This document shows positions 13,822 to 24,629 of a DNA stretch of 64,000 bases, one piece after another. The stretch is taken from positions 62,001 to 126,000 of the forward strand of contig JBODTK010000156.1 in the NCBI GenBank assembly GCA_050613775.1, read 5' to 3'. Under the pieces are notes generated by a model. It was not told the DNA's origin. It did no database searches and saw only the letters and a program-made list of their open reading frames with translations. The position numbers and the translations under genes were made by a program. The number at the start of each line of letters is the position of its first letter. Positions within the stretch are counted from its first letter, which is position 1. The DNA comes from Neocallimastix sp. 'constans'. Taxonomy: Eukaryota.

Positions 13822-14792
13822 TTATTTTCGAAATATTCTTGGCGATTTTTATCAACAATCGCTTTAAGCTTAGGACAGTTATTCTGATAATGACCTTTTT
13901 CCGTACAGAAGAAACATGTACTAATAGTTAAGTTTTTCATTCGTTTTGTTAGATCTTCAACATCTGAATCTTTTACTGGCTTCCTTGGTTCTGAGAAAGA
14001 TTTCTGTTTAAATTTCTTTTTATTAAAATTGGAGGGCTTATTATAGTGAGGATAAGTATTTTCGTCTGAATCATAAGCAATTTTAGGAATAAGTCTATCT
14101 ACTTTTTCCGCTATTTCAAAGGCTTTATTGAGAGAAATATTATCCTTAAGGGAAACTCTTTTCCATGCCTCTTTATTATTTTGTAATGAGTCGGCATAGT
14201 CTAATACACTAATTCGTTTTCTTCTTTTAATATCCAACTTGTGGTAAAGAGTTCGGTAGCGTATATTAAAATCTTTCACTTTTTCGTTCCTTTTAATTTT
14301 AAGTGCACGAAGTTCTCTGAGTAGAACATTTTGATCTTCTTTTAGGCCATAGAATTTTTCTAATTCGTCCACAATTTTGTCTAAACTTGGGAAATTATGA
14401 ATATTGTCATCACCGATGTTATTATCTTCGTCATTATCATCATCACTAAAGATATTATCATTTTCCATATCTTGGATGATTTCTCTTATTTCACCGGTAG
14501 AAGTCAAAATACAAGCTATAAATATTGTTTCTGGATCAACCACTTGCTGATATCTGATCCATAATTTTAGTTCAGAGGCCCAGGATTTTATATCTAAGTT
14601 GTCTTTACTAAGTTTTTCTATTCCCTTAAGTTCCTTCTTTAAGTCTTTAAAATTAATTCGACTATTATTTATAGCTACTGGACTGGGAATAGAGGGTGAT
14701 GCACTAGACGAGCCACCACTATCAGAAGAAGAGTTTTCCGACATGTTTGAATTTATTGAAAGAAGTAGTAATGAATCAAGTAGAGTATACAA
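13806..14792 (-). CDS. G2 Gag with CCHC zinc knuckle (likely start MSENSS at 14744)
   Basis: CFFCTEKGHYQNNC; lies upstream of pol. Confidence 0.9.
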   Translation of the reverse strand: MYTLLDSLLLLSINSNMSENSSSDSGGSSSASPSIPSPVAINNSRINFKDLKKELKGIEKLSKDNLDIKSWASELKLWIRYQQVVDPETIFIACILTSTGEIREIIQDMENDNIFSDDDNDEDNNIGDDNIHNFPSLDKIVDELEKFYGLKEDQNVLLRELRALKIKRNEKVKDFNIRYRTLYHKLDIKRRKRISVLDYADSLQNNKEAWKRVSLKDNISLNKAFEIAEKVDRLIPKIAYDSDENTYPHYNKPSNFNKKKFKQKSFSEPRKPVKDSDVEDLTKRMKNLTISTCFFCTEKGHYQNNCPKLKAIVDKNRQEYFENKNLNH

Positions 14793-15121
14793 GGTTAATA
14801 GTTATATTAAAAAAAATATTTTTGTGTTACCAGGTAATAAAGATTTGATTAATAACCTCAATGTATTTTTCTTGAGTAGTAGAGTTTTATTTTTTTATAA
14901 TAAATTAGCCAAAAGTTATCAATTTAATTATTTTGAATAAGTAGTAAACAATGGATTCAACAACCAAATAAATTTAAGATATAAACTAGCGTCAACTTGA
15001 CCACCAAATATATCAATTCGTAGAATAGTTAAGCTCGAATTCCCCTTCGACCCACTTAACGATGAAAATATATTAATAATTTACTAGTTGAGCTCGAATT
15101 CCTCTTCGACCCACTCAACAG

Positions 15122-15164
<43 letters not shown>

Positions 15165-15579
15165 TTGAATTTACTTAAATTTATTTTTTTTTATTTAGAA
15201 GCTTATTTTTATAAAAAAAAAAATTAATTTAATATTGTTATTATCAAGTTGAATTACCGACCAAGTTATATTATAAACTACTAGCTTATGGGTCTTTCGT
15301 CCGATAATATTCATTCCGTCACCTTATTCACGTGATCTATGTTCCGTCACACGCTTCAGGATCTTAATATTACCCCTACTATCCCCCTCTTGACAGCTAG
15401 TAAGGCTTGTTTATGCTGAATATAACTTGTTTAATTCAATCTTGATAAGAAAAGAATATTTCAATTATCAATATTAAATTAAACAAAGTAGCTTCCTCAA
15501 ATGTTCTTTTTCAATTCTATTTAAAATTTTTGGATATTTATTAGAATAAAAATATTATTAATATTATTATTTGTATTAT

Positions 15580-16179
15580 TGTAACGAATCTTAAAAAATT
15601 AGAAATTAGAATGCTGGCATAGTGGTTAGTCACTATGACCTCAGCCTGAACCACTAGGGTTCGACTCACACCTTTACTAAAATTTTATATCATTTAAATT
15701 TTAAAGAATTTTTATACTTCATTTCTGTATTTGTTTCTGTATTTGTTTCTGTATAAATTTCTGAAAAAATTAACAAAAGAAATTCTTAGAAATTAATAGA
15801 AACAAATCAGATAGAAATTCTATTTTAATTTATCTTTTATCATTATTTCTTTTAGATTCTTTTTAACCGAAAATAATCAATTTTTACGAAACTTTTTAAT
15901 GATTTTATGGTTTTAAATTTTTATGGATTTAAATTTTGAAAAACTATAAATAGGAGTGAATTTCGCAGCCAAAAGATTCTAAAAATTGTGTTTTTATTAA
16001 TTATTAAATTAATTAATAAGTAATTCGAAATATTACAATAATTAATCTTTATAATTAATATTTTTAAATTTCTTAATTAATAAAACTATATTTTAAAAAA
16101 CCAAATTACTTATTAATCAAAAAGTGCTTACCTATTGTGTTACACTCTTTAAAACACGGATATTCCAATATTCGTTACA
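15580..16179 (+). mobile_element. Solo LTR T2 (T family, with Pol III A/B boxes), in the G2 leader
   Basis: TGTAACGAA...TTCGTTACA, TSD ATTAT, A box TGGCATAGTGG at 15615, B box GGTTCGACTC at 15658, CTATAAATAGG at ~15945. Confidence 0.9.
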
Positions 16180-16709
16180 ATTATAAAAAAAAATTTTTTT
16201 TTTTTTTTTATTTATTACTCTAAAAAAAAGTTAAAATTTAAATTATAAAATACTTAAAAAAAAATTAAATTTTATCATTAATTAATTATTTCTTGAACAA
16301 CGGCATTTCCGGAAATTTTCCGTACTTAAAACAGAACGTAGAGTGGTAGTATGTAAGTCAACCCAGCTCGCCTATTACGGCTTCATGTGGTGCTTACACC
16401 AGGCGCTTCTGCTTACTATTAAACAGAACGACCAGAGCTTAAGAATAATTGTCACTACAATTAATTCTTAAGAGTAATTAACCCGAAAACCCTCTACTTC
16501 TTGAGTTCTGAGATAAGTACGCTTCTAAATCGTACTAACTCCAATGCCCAAGAAAAATAAAAAAAAAAGATAAAATTTAAAATTTATTCGAAGCTTCACG
16601 GATAATATAAATTATCTAACACTTCGAAATATAAAAAAAAAAATTGTTTTTTTAAGAAAATTATATTTATTTTAATATTATTTATATTATCTTATTTTTA
16701 ATTTTATTC

Positions 16710-16727
16710 TCCCCGATATCTCCACCA
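16710..16727 (-). promoter_or_regulatory. G2 primer-binding site, complementary to a tRNA-Ala-like 3' end
   Basis: TGGTGGAGATATCGGGGA, 7 nt inside the 5' LTR; eukaryotic tRNA-Ala typically ends ...UCUCCACCA. Confidence 0.8.
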
Positions 16728-17661
16728 AATTTTATGTTAAGGTTCGGAGAGAGGGAAAAATAAAAAATAAGTATTAATATAAACAACAAAAAAAATAAAC
16801 AAACAAGAAAATTAATAAACAAAATAAATTTTTGTTTTATAAATCCTTTATTAAAATTTTATTTAAAAATTACAATATTAAATTACAATATAAAAAATAC
16901 AATTTTTTTACTGTTATTTATATTTTTTTTTTTCTTAAAATAATAGAAATGGTAAAGCCATTTCTTTGTATAATAAAAATTAATTATTAAATATTTTATA
17001 TTAAATTTTTATTATTAATATAATTATTCTTTAACTTATAATAAATAATACTTATATATTAATCTATTACTAATTATTTATTACTAATCTACTTAATTAT
17101 ATATTTTAAAAGACAAATTTTTTTATTTTACAGAAGTTAATTCTGTGGTTTAGTAATATTTATTTAATCCTAAAGTTTAATTTTACTAAGTTTAGAAAAA
17201 TAATATTATTTAAATTATTAATATAAAATTTATAATCATTTCATCAAATTTATAATATAATATTTATAATAAAACATATAATAATAATATAATTATTTCC
17301 TTTTATGTTTAATCTTTTATTAGTAATCATTAATACAATTTTTTTTTAATTTGGAATTTTCCAAAGAAATAATTGATATTGATAAGTTTAATATTAATAA
17401 AAGAAATATTGATAAGATTTTGATAAACTATAAAGAAAATTGATAAAATAAACTATATAATATTGATAAGGATTTTAATAATAATAAAATATAGATAAGA
17501 ATAATAAAGGTAGCATAGATAAGGAATTAATATTAAATATACTTTTTTAAATAGTATAATTTAATTTGTACTAATTAGGAATATAGATTAATTTATTAGA
17601 ATATAGAAAGTTCCAAAAGAATAAAGAATCAAATAATTTGTTTAAGGGTTAAATGAATCAT

Positions 17662-18227
17662 TGTTAAGATAATAACTGAATTTCAATTCAATTTCAATTT
17701 CGATAATTCAGTTATTTGAATTTCAATATTAATAAATAATAATAATATAATAATTATTATTAAATTAACTTTATTAAAATATTTAGGAATTAGTCTAGGC
17801 CAACTAATTACTAAATATTATTAACATATTGAATTTAATATATATTAAATAATGTAAACACGTGATTGTCATTAAATTAATTTCTACATATTATATTTTA
17901 ATTATAAAATATAATATTTAGCAATATTTGATTCTTATATTTTATTTATATTAAATATTTATATTATTATCTAACTTTATATTATCAATATCAAACTTAT
18001 ATTAATATTATTTACATATTCATATTAATAATTAATATTTTAATAATTAATTATTTTATATAAATACATGTTTAAATTCTTTGATTAATCCTTTGTAGGA
18101 TTATTGTAATTTAAATTATAGTAATAATTATATAAAATAATAATAATAAAATTTAATTATTAATAAATTACTATAATTTGGCATCTTGACCTAATCGTTA
18201 AGACCAAATTATCTAAAAACTTTGACA
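17662..18227. mobile_element. Solo LTR Z1 inside the G2 5' LTR
   Basis: TGTT...GACA, TSD ATCAT; absent from the other G2 LTR; homolog at 50304-50953. Confidence 0.9.
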
Positions 18228-18837
18228 ATCATTTAAGATGCATAACCAAAAGAACATTATTTAGGCATTCTTTATCGATAATTAGTAAATTAGTAACTAC
18301 GGTTCAATTGTAAGTTACCATAACCATCGGGTTGAACCCTTAGGGTTCGACACCCACTCTTTCCAAATTTTAATAACTTTTTATTTATTATAACTAGAAT
18401 ATTAAAGAAATTACTAGTGTTTATCGGTTAAACAATTGAACCGATAAAACTAGAAAAATCTATTTTATTAATATTTTTTATCATTTTTTATCTAAGATTC
18501 ATTTTCTAGAAAGAAAACTTGTTTTCTTTAATTTTCTTTAATTTTCTTTTATTTCTAATAATTACTAATAACAACTGATAACTTAAAATAATTAATTTTC
18601 CTGAAAAACTATAAATAGGTGTAAAATTTCATAATAAAATATTTTTACTTGTGCTTTTATTAATTACTTTTAAAGTAATTTAAAATATTACAATGATTAA
18701 TTAATAAAATAATAATTTATATTTTTACTAATAAAAAAACTTATTTTAATAAAACATATTTTGAATTACTTTAGTGTCGAGAACCTTTTGTGTAAAAAAC
18801 CTTATAACAATCTTAAGTAACATTAAGATTTGTTACA

Positions 18838-18847
18838 ATAAAAGCAC
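18838..18847 (+). promoter_or_regulatory. Self-priming PBS of T1
   Basis: ATAAAAGCAC directly after the LTR is the reverse complement of GTGCTTTTAT (18651-18660), about 40 bp downstream of TATAAATA. Confidence 0.8.
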
Positions 18848-18882
18848 CCTTTGACAAAAAACACGAAACCTTCTCGAGACAA

Positions 18883-18985
18883 ATCTACTCTTTTGGAATC
18901 TACTCTTTTAAGAATCTACTTTTTTGGAATCTACTTTTTTGGAATCTACTTTTTTGGAATCTACTCTTTTGGAATCTACTCTTTT
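18883..18985 (+). repeat. 15-bp tandem repeat, about 7 units
   Basis: (ATCTACTYTTTTGGA)n. Confidence 0.85.
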
Positions 18986-19646
18986 AAAACTTTAAGCAAC
19001 TCTTGGGCTACCGCTAATAATTATATTATCACCAAAACAATATTTTTTCTGTGGAATACTTCCTTAAAAAATTCTATTCTTGAATCTAGTATCTTTTGGA
19101 TTATTTCTTTTTATAGGTTATCTACCTTTCTTTTGCATTCCTTCTTTACTCAAATTCTTGCCCAATTTTTCCTTAGATTCTTCGCTTACTCTTTATTATA
19201 AACATACTTTCAAATTAAATTCTATCTACCTTTGGATTCCTCTTTGAAACTCTACCTATACCTTTTGGATTTTAATAAAAAAAAAAAAAATTTTATTATT
19301 AAATGAATATATAACCCTAACCCTATATTCTATAATATATTTAGGTGAATGAATATATAGTATCTTAGATAAATATTATAATAAAATTAATTGAACTAAT
19401 ATACTATTTATTAGATAAATTTATAGTAAAATTAATTGAACAAATATACGATTTACTAGATAAATTTTATAGTAAAATTAATTGAACAAATATACTATTT
19501 ATTAGATAAATTCTGAAAGAAAATTAAGTGGACATATACATAATTTTAGATAAAATTTAACTATAATCTAAGTGAAAGAATATAATATATTTTAAGATAA
19601 ATTAATACTTAAAACTAAATACATATATTAATAATTAGCTAAATAA

Positions 19647-19694
<48 letters not shown>

Positions 19695-20373
19695 TAATAA
19701 AATTTACTAATAAGGAGAATCTGTATAGACAATCCTTATTCTCTTTTATTCTTTTTATTTAATTCCTTAATTTTGTGTTGGCCCTCGCTGGTAGGCTCAG
19801 ACGTAAGCCCTACATCTCAGCTCTTTCAGTTAAAATTCACTGAAAGAACAGCAACACAAAAAAAGAAAAAGAATTTTTAATTTTTAACTAAGTTTTCGTG
19901 TCCATATTTTTAAGGTAATACGATAAATATACTAGGAGCGGTTAGAGCTCATAAACAGAGTTTCGGCGGATATTAACTAGTTTCAGTAGGTTAGAAACTA
20001 TAGTCGTTAATTATTTGAATATAAACGGGCTTCAAAACCCTAGAGTGTAAAGAGAGTGTGGATTAAAAGAGAACCACATCCTACCAACCAACTTCAACAG
20101 TTCGGTGGTTGCTCTATTCGAATAAGCTCTGGCGAATAAGGAACTATAGTCACCGAAGGCTATAGGTTGGTCGTGAAGGTAAAGCGACATTAAAATATAT
20201 AGTTTTTAATTTTATTTTGAGGTCTAGTATATACCTCTAGTTAGTAGCTTTTGCCGGTTTTTTTTTTTTTTAGTTGTAAGGCATTAAAAGCGAAATTTAA
20301 ATTGTATTTACCTTAAATAAAAGTTCTTCAATAATTAAATTATCAAATAAATCTATTTTGAAAAAGCAAGAAA

Positions 20374-23240
20374 ATGGAAGAAGATACCTTTTTAAATGCC
20401 AGTGCTACCAATAAAGATGGATTCGCTGGAGATCGTCGTTACTTGATCCCGAACGATTTAATAATGACCCAATAAAGGTTGTGTATATCATTTCTAGACT
20501 CTACGGCTCTGCAATGAACTGGGCTGCTACTTTAATTGAAAATAACGATCCATGTTTAAATAACTATCAACAATTCACCTCAAGATTTAAAGATACTTTT
20601 GGGAGCTACGATTCGACTTTCATTGCTAACCAGAAATTGAAGACAATTAAACAAAGACGCATCGGTGAAATAACAAACTATATTCTCGAATTCAATAGAT
20701 ATTCTGACGAATCTTCATGGAATGAAGAAGCTAAAATGGATGCTTTCCTCAATGGACTTAATGACCAAATTGCTACCAAAATATATGAAATGTTTCCAGG
20801 ACCAAGATCTCTTTTCGCATTACAAACTATTGCCTCTAGACTAGATAGTCGTATTCGTATTGCTGCGCATAGACAATTTTCTAATCCACAAAACAGATCA
20901 AATAATAATAATAATAATGATAACAGAAATAATAACAGAAACAATAATAATAGAAGACAAAATAAAGGGGAAAAGCCTTTCAAATTCAATACCCGAGGTC
21001 CTTTGTCTAATGAAGAAAAGGAAAGAAGAAGAAAAGAACATCTTTGTGCCTATTGTGGATCAGCTAACCATTCCCTTGACCATTGCCCACTAGTAAACAG
21101 AAATAAAGCCTCTTCAAGCAGTTCTCATATCACTAATCTTGAACCTAAAACCATTCCAAGAATAAGAATTTCTGATCAACCCGATGTAAAGCTACCAATT
21201 TTTGAATTCTCTCTTAATGTTTCCAATATTTCTACAAAAACTAAAATTCTTCTGGACTGCGGCTCTCAACTTAATTTAATGGATGTATACTTCGCAAAAG
21301 AAAACAATATTCCTTACTCTAGTGAATGTAATCTCCCTAATGTATCTGGAATCGGCGGTATTCAGTCAATCATAGGTAAAACTGCACCAATATCCTTAAA
21401 ATATAAAAACCACATATGTAAAACAAGTTTCTATGTTGTTGACCTTCCTTCGTATTGTGCTATTTTAGGCATTGACTGGCTAGAAACTCATAATCCCACT
21501 ATAGACTTTGCCTCAAAAGAACTCTCTTTCAAATCCAACTATTGTATTTCCAATTGTCTTGTACTTCCCAGCGCCTTCACTACTTATGTTCCTTTAAATA
21601 CTATTAAAAAGAATGATAAAGAAGAAGAAGATAAAGAAAGTAATAAAGTAAATAAATCATTACCAAAGAAATTACTTCCATTTAAGGATATTTTTAGCGA
21701 AATATATGCGAATGCACTTTCTCCAAGACCTGATTATACATCAAATGAAGAAGAACTGTCCTCTGACATTCCTTTCAACGTCTTAAAACCTGAAAATTTT
21801 TGCGCTACCACTTCCATTGCCTCTTTAAATGATCAAATACTCCATGAATATAAGAATGATAAATATTATAATGAAATCTGCAAAAAACTCAACTCTAAAC
21901 AAGACTTCCCAGAATCTAATAAATTTTCTTTAAGTAACAACTTCTTACTCTTTGATGGAAAAATTTATGTTCCCCTTAACTGTCGTTCTTCCGTATTAAA
22001 TATCTGTCATGACTCCCCATCTGCTGGTCATTTTGGTTTCAAGAAAACTTTCTCCTTAATCAATCATGACTTTTGGTGGTCATCTATGCAAAAAGATATT
22101 AAAGACTATATTAAATCTTGTGAAATCTGTTGTCGTTCAAAGGATTCTAGACACAAACCTTATGGATTTCTGAACCCCCTAGAAATTCCTGACCGACCTT
22201 GGACTTCGCTTTCCATGGATTTCATCACTGATCTCCCTTCATCTAATGGATATACTTGTATTTTTGTTGTTCTCGATAGATTCACAAAAATGGGTCACTT
22301 CATCCCATTTCCTAACGTTCCTTCTTCTGAAGATACTGCTAAGGCATTCATGACTCATATTTTCAGACTTCATGGATTACCAAATGAAATTCTTTCCGAT
22401 AGAGGTACTCAATTCACTTCTAAATTCTGGACTTCTATTTGCAAAACTCTCAATATCTCAATGAAACTTTCTTCTCCCTTTCACCATCAAACTAACGGTT
22501 TAACGGAGAGGGTGAACTCCGTTGTAGAACAATTTCTCAGATGTTACTCTAATTTTAAAGGTTCAAATTGGCATAATTATCTATTCCTTGCTGAATTCTG
22601 CTACAACAATTCTATTCAAGAATCATTAAATAAATCACCTTTCTACGCAAATTATGGTTACAACCTTCGCTTCTCACCAGCTGTGCCAAGTTCTATTGAT
22701 GTTCCGGGTGCTGAAGAATTTACAACAAACTTAGCGAAACTTTTCAAACAATTAAAAGAAAATTTAAAACAAGCAAGAAATAAACAAGAAAAATTCGCCA
22801 ACCAACACAGAATTAAAGCACCTGAATTCAAAGTAAACGACAAAGTTTGGATAAACAGTTCACTCATATTAAGAAATAAAAATAAAAAATTAAAACCAAG
22901 AAAGTTAGGACCTTATAAAATAATTGAAAAAGTCTCTCCAGTAACATACAAAATTGATTTTCCAAAAAATATAAGAATACACCCAATTATTCATGTATCA
23001 GAACTTGAGCCATACTATAAAGACAATTTTAAAAGAAAAAAGGAACCTCCACCTCCAATTATAGTTAATGATGAAGAAGAATATGATGTAGAAGAAATAC
23101 TTGATAAAAGAAAACATTATGGAAAGATTCAATATCTTATTAAGTGGAAAGGATATCCTTTATCTGAAGCATCTTGGGAACCGGAAGAAAACCTCAACTG
23201 TCCAGAAATACTCAAAAAATTTTATAAATCAAACAAATAA
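20374..23240 (+). pseudogene. T1 gag-PR-integrase-chromodomain with an in-frame deletion of RT/RNase H and a frameshift near the gag start
   Basis: [39 protein letters not shown], chromodomain YDVEEILD...YLIKWKGY...SWEP; no YxDD. ATG 20374 (MEEDTF..FAGDRRY) is out of frame with the 20481 ORF. Confidence 0.9.
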
Positions 23241-24476
23241 ACTTATATTTAGAAAATGAATCTATAATATTAATTATACAAAAATTTATATTTATTAATA
23301 TCAAATTTATTTCTATTAATATCAATATCAATAATCTTTATTATTTTTACTTATTAATATAAATATTATTTAAATTCATGTAACCTTATTATTAATAATG
23401 TATTTTTATGTTTATCATGTATTGAAATTTTACACCAAATAACTATCAAAATAATTTATATATTAAAATAATTAAATAAAATTTTCTTAGTATAGTTTAG
23501 CCTAGCTTTGAGATTCGTCTGGTATCCGAATCCTAGAGGAGGACCATGTTGTAAAATATTTAATAATTTGAATACGTATTTAAATGTAATGTAATGTAAA
23601 TTATTGTGGATAAAAATGTTTTCCAAATTTTTAATATAAATTTAAATGTATTCCAAATTATTAATTTAATTAATTTTCTCAAAAATGTATGACTAAATTA
23701 TTTGGAGAATTTACATCATTATTACTCACTTTGAATCATGAAACTTGTAAATTAAAAATAATTAGTCATGAAACTTGTAAATTAAAAATAATTAGTCATA
23801 AATTAGTTAAATTAAAGTAATCAAAGAAAAATTGCCTTTTCCGTTTGTTTACAAAAACTTGCCGTTTTGTTTATTTGTTTTTAGAAATATTAGATAGTTT
23901 TAAATAGTTTTTATATTAAAATAACTCATAAAAATTCATGTAATTTATTATTAAATGTAATTACAAATATATAATAATATTTTAGTTAGTTTATTACAAT
24001 CTATTCAATTTAAATTTTAATTTTCAAAAAGTATAAAAAGAGTTAATTTTCAACTATTGAACGATAGTTGGAAAATAGTATAGAAAATAGTATAGTTTAG
24101 AATAGTATAGTTTAGTATAGATAATATAGATAGTATAAATTTTATATTTTATTAATTAGTATTATAACTATTATTAGAATAGTTATCTTTTATAAAACAA
24201 ATTTTATTTTAAATTTTATTTTAAAATCTTAACTGCTAGTAGGCTTTCCGGTAAAGGACCCTACGGTACCCAGTTAAGTGATTGTTGATTTTAGAATAGT
24301 TAAATTCAACAAATAAGAAATATTAATAAAAGGATTTTTTTATAAAACAAAAAATTAAATTAGTTTTTTAGTTTTAGTGTTTTAGTTAATAATTAATTAT
24401 AGTGTTGATATAATAAAATAGTGTAAAATAAATTATAGTCTGTCCTCGCCGACCTAAGCTATTATTTTATTTTACA

Positions 24477-24487
24477 ATTTTCCAACT
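24477..24487 (+). promoter_or_regulatory. Self-priming PBS of G3
   Basis: ATTTTCCAACT is complementary to AGTTGGAAAAT (24066-24076), about 34 bp after TATAAAA. Confidence 0.85.
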
Positions 24488-24629
24488 CGTTAGATTAGTA
24501 TAGTTTACCTTTGTGTAGGATAGACTAGTAATAGTATAAAAATTTTTTTTTTTTTGAAATAATAATTAAAAAGTGGATTTAGTAATACTTTATAGTTTAA
24601 TTTATAGTTTAATAAATAATAATAATAAG

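Larger units (their letters stand above)
8826..18277 (-). mobile_element. Full-length Ty3/Gypsy element G2 (no chromodomain, tRNA-Ala primed), mildly decayed
   Basis: LTRs 8826-9794 and 16735-18277 (the latter with an insert), PPT-like GGGGG next to 9794, PBS 16710-16727, flanks CATAA/GATAA. Confidence 0.95.

Noticed and set aside
15608..15680. tRNA gene
   Set aside because: A/B boxes are present but there is no acceptor or anticodon stem; it lies inside an LTR with a TSD
18851..19201. 116-aa ORF (GIYFF repeats)
   Set aside because: Product of the 15-bp tandem repeat in the T1 leader; TTG start
19774..19857. HDV-like or hammerhead ribozyme (CCTCGCTGG resembles the HDV L3 loop)
   Set aside because: The loop is too short, I found no P1 or P1.1 partner, and there is no exact CUGANGA/GAAA core; kept only as an unclassified structure
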